From an uncultured virus (IMG/VR IMGVR_UViG_3300013132_000043) (lineage: Duplodnaviria; Heunggongvirae; Uroviricota; Caudoviricetes): DNA of 20,000 bases. This document shows positions 19,464 to 20,000 of the stretch, one piece after another; positions within the stretch are counted from its first letter, which is position 1, and each line of letters starts with the position of its first letter. The stretch lies in the IMG/VR virus record IMGVR_UViG_3300013132_000043; one strand, written 5' to 3'. Under the pieces are notes generated by a model. It saw only the letters and a program-made list of their open reading frames with translations, did not search any database and had not been told where the DNA came from. A program made the position numbers and the translations under genes.

Positions 19464-20000
19464 ATGCCAAATTCACAATATCAAGTTCAAATATCAAAAT
19501 TTACAAGTAAAACACCTTGTGCAAACTTTGATATTTTTTCAGGAACAACACATGATATTAATACTGCAACATTTGTTAGTACAGTATCGGCATCTTCTAT
19601 TTCCGGATATACAGTTAGTTTAAGTGTTGATAGTACATATACATATGTTTATCTGTTTATCGAACATTGTGATAATCATATTAATTCTGTACCAACAAGT
19701 ACACCAAAATTACAGGGAGGATACCAAGTTGTGTTGGTTGATTTAAGATGTGATGATTGTATATCTGTTTATACAGGTCCCGTTGCCACAAATACACCAA
19801 CGCCAACTGTAACATCAACGAGTACCTCAACTCCAACATTGACAGAAACTCCAACCCCCACCACTACAAATACACCAACTCTAACTGAAACGCCGACATT
19901 AACACCAACGACCGGTTCAACCTCTACTCCAACACCCACCACTACAAGTACACCAACATTAACTGAGACTCCGACATTAACAAGTACACCAACATTAACT
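19464..20000 (+). CDS. Thr/Pro-tract protein, 3'-truncated by window (at least 179 aa); not in supplied ORF track
   Basis: ATG at 19464, 11 nt after the upstream TAA, open to the window end. Manual translation: MPNSQYQVQISKFTSKTPCANFDIFSGTTHD...[40 protein letters not shown]... Confidence 0.85.
   Translation, partial: MPNSQYQVQISKFTSKTPCANFDIFSGTTHDINTATFVSTVSASSISGYTVSLSVDSTYTYVYLFIEHCDNHINSVPTSTPKLQGGYQVVLVDLRCDDCISVYTGPVATNTPTPTVTSTSTSTPTLTETPTPTTTNTPTLTETPTLTPTTGSTSTPTPTTTSTPTLTETPTLTSTPTLT

Noticed and set aside
2..20000. Stop-codon reassignment as in some large phages
   Set aside because: Genes are full length and tightly packed under the standard code with no in-frame TAG/TGA needing read-through. 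Exclusive TAA stops are compatible with AT richness and are not evidence of recoding by themselves.

Overview
AT-rich, densely packed window with ten co-oriented + strand CDSs (first and last cut by the window edges; all nine complete stops are TAA). It reads as the baseplate/tail module of a large contractile-tailed phage. The order is a gp25-like wedge subunit, a T4 gp6/baseplate-J-like wedge subunit, five uncharacterised proteins (some with Ig-like or beta-sandwich modules), and a 2627-aa protein with a gp7/P2-gpI-like core fused to about 835 aa of Thr-x-Thr/Pro tracts interrupted by small Cys-rich domains. Two further Thr/Pro-tract proteins follow. No RNA genes, CRISPR arrays or mobile elements were seen. 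The most unusual signals are: (i) a dispersed [S/T]-G-x-T motif strongly enriched in the accessory proteins but absent from gp25/gp6, a candidate modification sequon; (ii) mucin-like bead-on-a-string fibre architecture with a Cys domain shared between genes; (iii) a TATTTAT motif in every sizeable intergenic gap, a candidate late promoter. All family assignments come from motif recognition by eye, not database searches.
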